A stretch of DNA of 64,000 nucleotides from Camelus ferus (Eukaryota): contig NC_045697.1 in assembly GCF_009834535.1 (NCBI RefSeq), forward strand, positions 104,472,001 to 104,536,000. Reading direction: 5' to 3'. A program made the position numbers and the translations under genes. Under the pieces are notes generated by a model. That model was not told the origin of the DNA. It saw only the letters and a program-made list of their open reading frames with translations, and did not search any database. How positions within the stretch are numbered: the first letter of the stretch is position 1; every line of letters starts with the position of its first letter. Below are positions 51,866 to 63,972 of this stretch, one piece after another.

Positions 51866-52189
51866 CTTACGAGAGTTTTGTTATATCTAATTTGTACATG
51901 AGGAATCTAAGACTTGGTTAAGTAGTTTGTCTAGTAAGTGGCAGAGCCAGGATTCACAGGGACATGTGAGTAATTTTAAGAGCCAGCATTCTTCAGCTCT
52001 GTGCTGCTCCATTTACCATCCATCTTAGTGAAGTTTAAAAGTGAGAAATTACAAACAACTGAAAAGTTCTTCAAAAGGGGATTGTTTCAGGAAATTATGA
52101 TAGCCAGCTACAACAGATGATACAATAAAATACCACTAATGATTACCCTGCTAGCCACACAAATCTATTGCTGCGATGAGAAGATAACA

Positions 52190-52470
52190 AAAGTTCACTT
52201 TTGCTGGGTGTTACTATGTGTTGGGCACTGTTCTTGGTGTTTTTCACATGCTCTGTTTCATTGGCTTTCACAACTCTGTGAATAGATTATAAATTATTCT
52301 CATTTATAATTATTCTCAATTACTCCCAGGGCCCATTTCCTTAAGGAAATGGATGCAGAGTAATTAAACAACCTGCTCAAGCTCACGTAGCTACTAACTG
52401 GTAAAGCTGAGATGTCAACCTAGGGAGCTGGCCTTCCAAGGCCAAGTTCCTGACTACATCATGCTGTTTC
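52190..52470 (-). mobile_element. MIR SINE
   Basis: ttactatgtgttgggcactgttct..gctcaagctcacgtagctacta. Confidence 0.7.
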
Positions 52471-52844
52471 TCTCACAAGATAGTTCTATGTGAGAAAGAT
52501 CAGATGACAAAAACAGTATGTGTTTCCATTTTGGTAACAGAAGAGAAAGTGTGGGTGGTTGTGGCCTGGATTTATGTTGGCACAGAAAAGAGTATGAAGG
52601 GACTTCTACATGTCAACGTCAGCTGCAGTTACTCCTGAGCGAATAGATCACGAATGACTTGGTGTTTTTTTCTATCCAGTTTTCTGCATTAGCTGATTTT
52701 CTGTGATGAAAATTTATTGTGGGAAATATACAACTCTTTTTAAACAAAAACTGCAACACTCCAGTATTAAAAAATGATTAAGTAGACATACAAATTCACA
52801 GAATAACGATAAAGTCCCACATAACCATATAAAGAAGTACAAAT

Positions 52845-52995
52845 TATTTGGTAACTATGTCTGGTGAAGGACATTAACTAGACTCGTGGTAAACATTTTG
52901 CAATATATACAAATATTGAACCATTAGGCTGTACACCTGAAACTAATATAAGGTTACGTGTTAATAAAACGTCAATTTAAAAAATGAAAAAAGTA
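52845..52995 (+). mobile_element. L1MA/MB extreme 3' end
   Basis: gtaactatgt..cattttgcaatatatacaaatattgaa..tgtacacctgaaactaatata followed by an A tail. Confidence 0.85.
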
Positions 52996-55394
52996 CAAAC
53001 TAAAACCTTCAGTTAAAGTAATTTATCAGTTAAAACAGTTTGTTAATCTTTTTCATCAAATGGGCATCTTTTAAATGTTAACTCTCAGGGCTTGCTAGGG
53101 TCTTGGAATGTTATTTTCAGTTACTGCCACTGGGAACATTATTGAAATAACCTTTCAGGGATTAAATTTAGCAATATGTATCAAGAAAGAATTTGTGTCA
53201 AGTGGAACAGTAGCAATGAAGTACTATTTATAATGCAACAACAAACTGAAAAAAACCCAAAGCCCCAAAATAGGAAATGCATCAACAGGTAATGCAGCAT
53301 CCATCTAATAGGAAAGAATATAACCATTAAAAATCCTGCTTCCAGAAAATATTTAATAACATTCATTATCCTTTATCATATTATTCAAAGAGTAAAATAT
53401 TGTTAAACACCAATATAATTCACATGCAAGTGAATATGTACGTATGTATGTGTGAATGCCCCCCCAAAAAACTTCGAATTAAATACACAAAAATTTAAAC
53501 CATTAACTCTGAGCAGTGGCATTTTAGATAACTGGAGTTTTCTGCTGCATTGTTTTCAAAAGCCTAGAACAGGTCCAGGTTGAAATCAGTAAATACTAAG
53601 AGGCAGAGAGGTCAGTAACATACAAGGTCAGGCTCTCTGGACCGGTTCTTGGTCTGGGCAGCCACTGCACACTTGAATCATGGCACATTGAAGGCCACCA
53701 CAGGTGCCAAGGCTGGGAGAGATTTTGCTGAGTTTTAGTAGAACCACAGCACAGTTAAAGAACCTATATTGCTGAAATCCTCAAGAAAAGGAACTCACGA
53801 AGCTGAAGGTACTTCAAGGGAGTCAGATACACACTTGGTCCCCAGTCAGACCACCGGAGAGCCTTTTTAAGCTCCTGCAGCATGCAAGTCTTTTTGAAAC
53901 TGGACCTACTGAAGAATATCACTCACAATACCTGTCACCGTTATGTGTTTATATGAAATATTTAGGGCTAGATCGCCCCGAAGTCGTAACATCACACCTT
54001 GAACGTGGCTACAGAAACTGGAATCTAACCTGCCAAAGCCACCTCCTAGGAGGAGCATAGGAGGCCCCAGATCCTTTCTGAGAAAGTCAGAGCTACCGCT
54101 GAGTCAGTGTTATCTCATCTGTACAAATAAATGAACAGGCCAGGATTCAAACTTACCAGACTGCAAAACCCAGGCTAAATTTTAACCTGAGACCTATGAA
54201 TGTGAAGAATTGTTTCCTCCCATCTGCTCCCCGTTAAGATTAAGGAAGGAAAGCATTGGGCTGATATTTGCATACAGTATGTGCTTAACTAAGGAACAGA
54301 ATAGATGAATCCATGGGTCTGATGGCAATTCCTAATTTCGCTCCAAATCAACTAAATCTTGACTTTTAATCCAAACTATTATTTGTTAATTTACAGCCCT
54401 ATATTGTTATCAAAAAGTAGCTTACAAAGCTGCATAAAAGTGTAGCAAAATAATATAAATTAGAAGTGAGATTAAAAAGTGAACATAGTATAGGACAAAA
54501 AAAGATGCAGGATTGAGATGAATACAAAATCACATAGCGCAACGTCCCTCTGTGCACTTGGTGTTCGTTCTTTTATACAGTTATATTTTCAAGTTTTGCC
54601 ACTAAAACTCGACGTCAACATGATTTACTACCTAGTATCTAGTTATGTCCTTAAAAGACAGGACAGCTTTGCTGTAAGTTGCTTTCCATGACACTTACCA
54701 TAGTGTCAGAAAAGTCTAGTAGTTCAGAAGTGTTTTTAGAACCTAATGAATATGTGAACATGGATTGTGGGCCCAAAGACATTAGGGGACACATAACAGC
54801 AGTTATCTGACTTTTCTATTATACTGGTTGTGGTTACCAATGTCTACAGAGCATAAAGATTTAATTTAAAACCAAGTCGATGTTAAATTCACTACCTCCA
54901 GTCTCTATTATCTGCTGCAATTTTTACTCCCCCATATAATGACAGAACAGTGTCGGGTATATGGTAGTCACGAACATAAAGCAATCAATATTTATTGCAT
55001 TTAATGCTGTTAATAATATATAAGTTAATAAGATATAATTGATCTGAATGAAAACAAACAGAAAACCAACGTGGATGTTGACTTGTACTTTGGAGAGTTA
55101 TTTTATCAAAGAACTACACTGCATGAGATATCACATAGCACAAGAAGGTACTTACTCAGAAGCAATGATTTTTCACTCTAAGAAAGTCCTAAGATACCCT
55201 CCACTCCAAAAAAGCTGGGAAAAAAAAGAAGTTTGTGAGCAGGTGTAGCATCTTGGAAAATCAAAAACATACATAGAGAGATTCTAATAATTCCTCTTAT
55301 AAGGTCGTGCTGGAGCCAAGGTTGGAGGTGCCTGAACTCCAGAACTGAGCTTGGAAGGCATGTAGAGACCTAAGACTACGTGGTCGGTTTGTAT

Positions 55395-55555
55395 CAGTAA
55401 TTCTTAAACGTGAGTGAGCTATAGATGGAAGATTTTGTTAAAATGCAGATTCTGAGCCAGAAGGTCTGGGGTGTGGCTTCAGCATCTACCCCTGCAGGAG
55501 ACTCTCAGACGATGCTGATGCTCCTGGTCTGAGGACTTCAGTTACGGGCAGTAAG
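55395..55555. mobile_element. MER5A-like MITE
   Basis: cagtaattcttaaac..ttgttaaaatgcagattctg..ggtctggggtgtggc..gatgctgatgctcctggtc. Confidence 0.75.
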
Positions 55556-55616
55556 GCTATCTATTCTATTTTGTATCATTAAGTTGATATACAAAAAGAG
55601 ACTTGCTTTTACCTGG

Positions 55617-56102
55617 TATGGTGGTTACTTTTATGTGTCAACCTGACTGGATGAAGGGATGTCCAGAGAGCTAGGAAAACATCATTTCTGGGTGTGTCCC
55701 TGGGAATTTTTCCAGAATCGATTATCAATTGAATCAGTAGAACTGAGTGAAGCAGCTCACCCTCACCCCTGCAGGCGGGCATCATCTGATCCACTGAGGG
55801 TTTGAATAGAACAGAAAGGTGGAAGAAAGACAAATTCTCTTATTTTGCTTAAGCATCCATTTTCTCCTACATCTGGACCTCAGCCTCCTGATCCCCAGGC
55901 CTTAGGACTCAGACAGAATTAAAGCACTGGCTTTCCTAGTTCTCCAGCTTGCAGACAGCAGATTATGAGACTGACCCAGCAGAACCACATGGAACAATTC
56001 CTATGATAATCTCCTCTTATATCTATCTATCTATCTGTCTGTCTGTCTGTCTATCTATCCTCCTACTGGTTGCGTTTCTCTGGAGAACCCTGACTAATAT
56101 AC
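55617..56102 (+). mobile_element. MLT2 (ERV-L) solo LTR
   Basis: tggttacttttatgtgtcaacctgactgg..(TCTA/TCTG)n..tttctctggagaaccctgactaata. Confidence 0.92.
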
Positions 56103-56147
56103 TTGAGTGAAAACAAACTGGAAACTTCTGTTTGGAGACTCGGTTGG

Positions 56148-56368
56148 ATCTGTGTTGTGCAATATGGTCACTTCGAGCCACACGTGGCTATTTCAAATTT
56201 AAATGACTTTAAATGAAATAGAATTTAAAATTTAGTTCCTCAGCCACGTTAGCCACATTAACCACATTTGAAGTGCTCGATAGCCACCAATGGCTAGTGG
56301 ACACCCTACTAGACGGCACAAAAGAACATTTCCATTATCATAGAAAGTTCTATTGAACAGTGCTGCAC
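56148..56368. mobile_element. MER3-like hAT-Charlie element
   Basis: caatatggt..agccacacgtggctatt..aatttagttcctcagccac..catagaaagttctattgaacagtgctg. Confidence 0.85.
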
Positions 56369-56866
56369 TAGAGATGATTTGGTTACCAAACAAAAATTTA
56401 AAGAGTAGTATAAAGTTCACTCCAGTCGAAAACAAATCAAACAGTGAAATCTTGAACTGTCATCTTTAAAAGTTCAACCATCTTTGCTTAGAAAAAAAAA
56501 ATTGGATAGGTCAGGACAACGTGATACCCATTAAAACAAGCAGCTTACATTCCTTCTTCCCAGCAAAGCGCAGCACAGCTCAACCTCAATGGAACGTGAC
56601 ATTAATGAGCTAAAAGGGGAAGATGGGTAACAGAGAGCAGCTGAAGCTAAACAGAACAGACCCGCACTCTGCATGCTTCGTTCCAGAGCCACTCACTACC
56701 CTTCACTTTTATCAGTTCATCTTGTGACCTGATGAGGAGACTAATACCAGTGAGAAAAAAAAAAAAAGTAGAGGTGATCTGGAGCATGATTTTATGTTCA
56801 CTGCTCTCTGGAATACTCAACTCTTGACTACGTAATACAAGCAACAACCCAAAATAAAGGAAAAAA

Positions 56867-57435
56867 GTATTAGTCAGGGTTCTCCAGAGAAACAGAACCA
56901 ATAGGCAATATATATATAAATACAGATGGATGGATGGAAGGAAGGAAGGAAGGAAGGAAGGAAGGAAGGAAGGAAGGAAGGAAGGAAGGAAGGAAAGGAG
57001 GGAGGAAGGAAGGAAGGGAGAATTATATATAAAATTTATGTTTTTATAATATATTAATCAATTAATTATCAGTTATCAGAGGGAGAGAGAGGATTTCTTT
57101 TGAGGAATTTACTTATGTGACTGTGAGGGCTAGCATGAATGAATCCACAAGCCAGGCCAGCAGGCTGGAACCCCAGGGAGAGCTGATACTAGAGTTTTGA
57201 GTCTGTAGGCAATCTGGAGGCAAAATTCCTCCTTCTTCGGGGGGACCTCAGGCTCTTAAGATCTTCAACTGATTGGATGAGACCCACTCACATTACAGAG
57301 AAATCGACTTTACTCAAAGGCTATTGGTTTAAATGTCAGATCTGAAAAATACCTTCACAGAAATATCTAGACTGTTTGACCAAATAACTGGGTACCCTAG
57401 CCTAGCCATGTTGACACAGAAAATTACCCATCACA
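56867..57435 (-). mobile_element. MLT2 (ERV-L) solo LTR with internal (GGAA)n
   Basis: tattagtcagggttctccagagaaacagaaccaatagg..cctagccatgttgacacagaaaattacccatcaca. Confidence 0.92.
56925..57020. repeat. (GGAT)n(GGAA)n microsatellite
   Basis: Long GGAA run. Confidence 0.95.
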
Positions 57436-57599
57436 GGGGGAAAGGGGCTATAAAAGCTTTAGCTCCAGGTGCCTCGTATTTGGGGCCTCCCTACCAGCTC
57501 CCTTTCTGGCTACTTGCCTCCAACTCAACAGCTAGACCAGCGGAGAGCGGAATGAGAGTGTTGCTGTAATAAAGGTAGACTCAACTGTGGGGGCCACCT

Positions 57600-58409
57600 G
57601 TCACCTGTCCCACTTCAGCTTGTTGACAATCACAAAGCCGCTGTGAGCTTTCAGACTGGGATACCGAGCATCAGCACTAGGGATTGCTCGAGGACAAGGG
57701 GATAGTGGAAAGCCATGGCCTTTCTCTTCCACAAACGGGAAAATGGAGTCAGTCAGGCTTTCTCGCCAGACGTCTGCGTCCAGTGATTCAGCAATATTAT
57801 TCCGCGTGCGTAACAGCCACGGCCGCCAACAGCTCCCCAGGCTTTGGGCTGTGGAACTGCTTGCCCAGCTCTACCAGTTCTGAGTAGACGGGCGGTACGC
57901 TGTGGGCTCAGCCATCTCCGGGGGCAGGAGCCTGTCCTCCCGGGGCCACCGGCGGCGGCTGCTGCTGCTGCTTCATCCTCCGCGTCACCACTGCTCAGGC
58001 CCGTAGTTATGGCTCTTCTCCTTCAGAGGCGTTTACCACCGCTGGTGGGGGCCACGGTTGGCTCTCCGGGGTCCGCAAGCCTTCCTCCAGGGCTCGCATG
58101 CGGGCTTCCGCAGCCTCTCCGTTTCCCTGTGACTCCTGAACCGTGGCCGCGCGTCCCAGCGAGGTTCCGGGTTCAGCCGCAGGGCTGTGAGGAACACCCG
58201 TCGCACGGCGGCCGGCCGCCCTGCGGGCACGCCGCTTCCCTAGGGCCTCCCTCGCCTTCTGCGGGGCCTTTTCCGCTTGGGCAGGGGGCCCACCCACCTC
58301 CGGCCAGTCCTGAGGCCGGCCCCAAGTGGAAAGAAGGCTCACCACCGAGTACCACACAGAGTCGGGGGCCACCCCTCAAATCCACCCCCGGCGGTGCAGA
58401 GGGTTCCAT
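57600..58409 (-). pseudogene. Frameshifted ERV-L-class (ERV3-16A3-like) gag remnant
   Basis: Motifs across frames: WYSVVSLLSTWG..DW, VFLTALR, EARMRALEEGLR, RRRWPR, YRPST..ELVELGKQF..KPGELLAA, WLLR. Confidence 0.7.
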
Positions 58410-58730
58410 ACCTGTCCGCGGCGAACCCGGCTGACCGCGCCAGTTCTACTGCAGGCGTTCCAGGCCTGGCAGGTTCACGATTCCGGCAGACTGAAGAGCA
58501 CTGGCCGAGCCGCCGTAGGTATCTCTGACTTGACTTTTTTGCGAAGAGGCAGAAAGGCCCGCCGGCCTCACACAGCAAGGCACACAAAAGTGGCACCTAG
58601 CCAACTACGTGTACTACTTGGGCTAACTACTGCGCCTGCGCAACCAAGTCGTCATTTCGTAACAACACATGGGTACCGCGCATGCGGGGTAATACTGCTG
58701 GATCACTGGGCAGCCGTCGACCTGCGAGGG
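57750..58730. promoter_or_regulatory. CpG island, probable promoter
   Basis: Only GC- and CpG-dense segment in the window; NRF1-like sites tgcgcctgcgca (58631-58642) and cgcgcatgcgg (58677-58687). Confidence 0.85.
58422..58442 (-). other. Degenerate retroviral primer-binding site (tRNA-Ser-like)
   Basis: Minus strand tggcgcggtcagccgggttcg matches TGGCGTAGTCGGCAGGATTCG (complement of the tRNA-Ser 3' end) at 16/21 positions and lies just upstream of gag. Confidence 0.65.
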
Positions 58731-58757
58731 AGCCTGATTGACTCTGTTTTCCCTACA
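58446..58757 (-). mobile_element. Putative 5' LTR of the ERV-L-class provirus
   Basis: Begins TGTAGGG on the minus strand and ends next to the PBS; caaaaaagtc sits where an AATAAA would be expected. Confidence 0.45.
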
Positions 58758-59649
58758 CACTCCCTTGTCAAAGCCCACCCAAGACACTGAGAATTGGAAT
58801 TACATTTTGCTGATGATATGGTCACTCAGGAAATCTGGAAAATAAATGAGTTATTTGTCAACTACCCTGAGCATCTCCAAAAAAAAAAAAAAACCAAGCT
58901 GAAAGAAGAAAAGCGTTCTCATTAAAAGAGCCTTTCCGGCCTTCTAAACCCAACTTGAGTTCTCCCCTGGCTTTGGTATATGGCAGAGAAGGGAATTTGC
59001 TCATCTTTTGGGGAAAAAAAAATTGTTTCAGACTATGACCTTCATGGTCTATGAACAGTATGTTTTTACTTCCACTAGAAAGTTCCTTCTGCATTTAACT
59101 TTTCCTAATTTTATATTCAGAGCTGATGAATATAGCCTGCAGTGGTGTTATCCGAGAAAAAATTAAGTTATAAATCTATAGAAATCCTCCCTCCTCACAA
59201 TATTAAATATTCAGGGAGCAGGTTTCTGGACTGATTTCCCTTATCACTTATTTCAAAGTCTGACCATGAACTTTGTGAATCTCAGGTACTAATATCCAAC
59301 TTACAATCCAACTGCAGATTTTTGCCTTTGCTTTGGCATCTTTGGGGCTTTGTTTTTCTAAGTATCTGGTCAGAGACGGAGTCCCACTTGTAACATTACA
59401 AGCCACATTCTCTACATCTTATTCCACAAGATACCACTAAAATCTGGTTACCAGTTACTCTCAGCTATTGATGAGAAAAGTTAAGCAAAAGCACAGTTAT
59501 TTAAATCTATAAAAGCATTGGTTTATTTCCTCACTTGATGCAGACTTTGAAAGATTCCGTGGACCAAATTCTATCCTAATTGGATTTCATAGGAAGAATA
59601 AGAATAGTATATGATTAAAATGATTTAGCTTCCAATAGTCAATGTAAAT

Positions 59650-60110
59650 TCAGGAAGTCAAACTGGTGAGTTCATTCATATGAGGTAAAAATATAGAGTG
59701 AAAATATGCCCCTTCTACAACTTGGCCTCCTACCCACTTTTCAACATTCTAGACCTATCTTCTGCTACCCTCACCTACCCTGTCTTGCATCCCATCTTCT
59801 CAAATTCATCCCTCCCTTTGAATCAATCCAACGCACTCCCGGGTATAGACCCATCAAAAATCCGTATCTTCCACAAGTCTCCTCAGTTTACTTTTCATCA
59901 TGCCTCTGATCACTGAGAATTGAATCTCTCCTCTGTGCTTTCAGAACACATCATCGTTACCCAAATTAGAGGCTTCATCACAGGATGGGCTTCCTCGTGT
60001 ATCTTTCTCATTATTTGTGAGCTCTGACTCAAAAATTTACTCTGTGAAATTTTTCCAGCACCTAACACATCACGTGCGCAAATAAGTGTTGAAGTGGAAT
60101 AGGATGGAAA
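59650..60110 (+). mobile_element. Degraded L2 3' fragment
   Basis: Pyrimidine-rich body; ccagcacctaacacatcac..aataagtgttgaa. Confidence 0.5.
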
Positions 60111-61594
60111 GAAACAGAAGCAGTTCCAAAGAGGGACAGTTTCACAGGTCCAGGTTCAGTTGCTAAAACAGTTTTTCTGAAGGCCCAGGGGTTCTGTGAT
60201 GTAGCACAGTGTCTTCAGACCCTAAAGACAGGGGAGAAGATGTCCTTAGAGAAATGACATAGAGCAGTCAAAAAGGACAGGAGGGTCCAGAGAAGGGGAT
60301 ACTTTAGCAAGAATCGAGGTGAAGTCACTATCCCAGAATTGCCTCGAACTCCTTACTCTTGCAAGAAGACTCTGCTGACTCTGCCACTGAATCTTCCCCA
60401 GTCAAGTGCCGTAGTCAGCTCTGACTGTCCCCCCTTCACAGACTGTCATGAAAGAGTAAATCCTGTTTAAAGCTCTTCCATACACACTTCCACATTCCAT
60501 TCTCATGTGCCTTGTGAGGAAGGCAGGGTAGTTTTCTTTTCTCATTTTTATAGATAAAGGAAGAGAATCTCAGAGTGCCTTCTGCACTCCCACCTCTGCA
60601 AGGCTAAGATTTCCAAACCTTGACCACGCGGAGTTTGGGGAGGGGAGGGCAGCAAGTAGCTCCAGCTGTGGAAACAGGGGACGTTCAGGCAAGGAAGGGG
60701 GAGGGGAAGGGGACAGAGGGCGATCCCTGAGTATTAGGTTTATTGTTTAAGGAAGTTCAGATGTCTGTGGGATATTTTCCTCTAGAAGTATAAACTTTAC
60801 TCTTTTAAGACAAACCCTTAAGGACAACCACTGATTATAATTATCCAAGTCAAGTAAAAGTAAAGGACTCTATTCTTACGGGCGTGCAGGAGTTCTTGCT
60901 CCAGCCAGGGTGGAAAAGGGACTGTCCATTTCTCAAGAAGAAAGAAAAGGTCCAGGTCCTTTGAACTCTCAAAATACACGATCTTGAGACACCCGATCTT
61001 GAGAGAAAGTGCTAGTACCTCCACTAAAGTCCACGGTGTTCAGCCACAGGCAGCAACCACTTCTTAGAAACAGAAGTTGCTGAGAAGTATGCCGAATTCA
61101 CTGTTGTAACATTTTATGGGAACTACCCCAATACCGTGGCTATACGCTAATGACAGGCTGAACAGGATGTTCCAAAATGCAAGGCAAAATTGTTCTAAAG
61201 ACTTCTTGACTCTCACATTTGGGATGAAGCCAACATTAATATGTACAATTAAGCCAACATGTAACAGGTGTAAATGATACATTTGATAACAAGAGAGGAA
61301 AAGGGAAAACCAAGACAGTAGAAAGAGATAAGTGAAAACAGACAGAAAAAAGCAAGGCTCTATAAATGTGAACCTCTGTGCATCAGAAAAAGACTTTCCT
61401 TTTTAACATAGGTTGTAAGAGTACTACAATCTCATAAAGTTCATAAATCTAATTCCATCTTGCTTCGGTAGGTTTAAAATATATGTAAAAGAGTTTGGCT
61501 TGCTAGATAGAAATATTAAAATACAATATAATCTACTGAGATGGTGGGACTGAGAACAATTTTTAAGTTTTGATAATTCTAATACTGGAAAAAG

Positions 61595-61686
61595 TATGTG
61601 TGGATATGTATGTGTAATAAGTGTGTGTGATATATATATACATCTATATTATATACATTTTGTGTATTATATAGTAAAAATATAAA

Positions 61687-61738
<52 letters not shown>

Positions 61739-61750
61739 CATATATACATT
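61595..61750. repeat. Compound (TG)n/(TA)n microsatellite
   Basis: TG and TA dinucleotide runs. Confidence 0.9.
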
Positions 61751-63574
61751 TTAAGAATATAGGCACAGAGAGCTTAAGCAGACTGTGAACTTTGGGTTCA
61801 TTAGGTTAAATAGAATAATAATTTAGCTAAAGAAACAAAGTGTTGAGAAGAATAAATGGCTACGCTGATTGGAAAATTTTCTCCTGGCTGGTCCAGAAAG
61901 ATAGAAGGAAAGATTGAAAGTGCGACCTCATCCTCTCCCACCCCTACACCCACCACCCCAAGATGTCAGCCATTAAGAAGTGAAACAGGAAAGAGCCGCA
62001 CCTTCAATTCAGAAGCAAGGTCTTCGGAAGGCTACAGGCCACGGCTAATTCAAAGAGTCAAACGGAGCAACCACTTCCTCCTCTCCTGATCAAGAGGAAG
62101 AAATGTAAGACTTGGTTGCAGGGCTGCCATAGACTGTGCGCACATGTGTGCTATAATGCAAAGTTAAACCAAGTTCTAAATTACTGTCAGACAAGGAGAA
62201 CCTAGACGCAGTCTTGACGCTGAGGGGAAAAAATATTAAATGAATTGTGTTTTATCTGAAGAAGTCAATCCATTTTTACTTGTTTATTATTACTTCTTGC
62301 CTAGTTAAAAGAAGGTGGGGGGGGTTAATACAGCTTTTTATTAACACCAGGCATAAATATTGTTGAAATAGAAATTAAAACCAGAAAAGGAGAAAGAACC
62401 AAGTATCCTAACCACAAAGGATAATATAGTTACTGTGACTGAGCTCCACGCCTGGCCCCAAGCTTCCTGGCAGTCAAGACCAAAAGGAAAACACAGGGGG
62501 TTATAGCATTGCCAATGAAAGAAAGCACACAAATGCTTCAAGGGAGAAAACCTTTGTTTCTGGTAATAAATTTTCCCCGAAGCATTCATCACTAGATTAA
62601 ACAATAATTGATAACAGTTGGGATCTCGTGGAAGGAGCTTGAATTTGTATTTCTTAAAGAGTGCTATTTTTTATCTTGGCATAAACGTATTATTCATCTC
62701 TTACTTCTGAGAGGTTAATAATATGTCTGCGACTGATGCTACAATTGTATTATTGTGGAAAATGTATAAGAACGAGGACGATACGTCAAAGTCTTTCTTT
62801 CTCTCAGTTTCTCATAAGCAGACTTTATCATTTTAATCAAAGGCAGATGCCAGTCCGTGGTGGCACCCTGTAGAACTGCTTTTCATCTTCATATCTACTA
62901 AGGGATACAAGAAACTATCTCCAGCTCCATAAATAAGTGAGCATTCCCCAAAGAATGATAGTGCCAATGGGATTTTAAAATAGCTTACATATTTTACTAT
63001 AGTCCAAAATTTTTTGGCATATAGTGGGTTTGTTTCCATTTTAATGTCAGAAATAGGGGAATGGTTTTCTCCTTCCTTGGAAAGATGGAGAAAAGTGTCT
63101 CTACAAAAGTGGAACACTGGCACATGCAAAGGCATTATAGAAAATATTAAGACGTGAAAGATACAGGCTTATAGCAAGAGACAAAACAAGAGAGGACAGA
63201 TATTAAGGGAAAGGGTGTCACCTATGAAGGACACGAAACATAATGCAGGTGAATTTTCAAGGAAAAGGTGAATTTTAGAAGTTTTGCTGAAAATCCTGCT
63301 TTAAAAGCAAAATTCAAGAACTAAAGGGGAAAAAACAACTTACACAGACTACATTCTGGAGATCCAAGGGGTTACTTAGAGTTTAGCAGGAATAATTGTA
63401 GAATGTATACTATATTGAGTGTGTGTTACATAAGAACAGAAATAATTACACCCACATGAGGATTTAAAGCCTTGTGACCATTGCTACCACAGCCAAAGAG
63501 GAAAGAAAAGGGATAGACATGATAGGTGATTCTGTCCAGAACTAAGGAAAGAGGAGAGAAAGACAATATGAAGA

Positions 63575-63795
63575 GAAAAGCAGGTAGAAAGAGCTTGGAT
63601 TTGGAGTTGGATGCACCTGGATGTGAACCCCGCTTTTACCACTCACTGGTTCTATGATATGGGACGAGTTACAAAGCTTCCCTGAGCCTCAGGTTCTTCA
63701 TTCGTAAAATAAGTAGAATTTATGAGGAGAGGTTAAGTGGAATAATACACAAAATCCCTTGCACAGTGCCTTTTACAAAGATCACTGATACATTT
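63575..63795 (+). mobile_element. MIR SINE
   Basis: ttggatttggagt..accactcactgg..ctgagcctcaggttcttcattcgtaaaat..gcacagtgcct. Confidence 0.85.
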
Positions 63796-63799
63796 ATAG

Positions 63800-63972
63800 G
63801 GACTGGAGGAGGGGGCACAGAGGGAGAGAGGGAAAAAAGGAAAGAAGGATGGGGGAGAGAGAGAAGGGAGGGAAGGAAGTAGGAGGGAGGGAAAGAGGAA
63901 GAAAAGAAAGAGAAAGAAGAAAAAGGAAGGAAGGAAGAAGGAGAGTTGCGGAAGGAAGGAGAGAAAGAGATA
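63800..63972. repeat. GA-rich low-complexity tract
   Basis: Almost pure purine run. Confidence 0.9.

Noticed and set aside
56867..57450. MLT2 as the 3' LTR of the gag-bearing provirus
   Set aside because: It has no similarity to the putative 5' LTR, and the purine tract at about 57436 is on the wrong strand to be a PPT; likely an independent solo LTR
57844..58790. + strand ORFs of 196 aa and 154 aa in the CpG island
   Set aside because: Low-complexity Pro/Ala/Gly-rich frames expected in GC-rich DNA; antisense to the gag remnant; no recognisable protein
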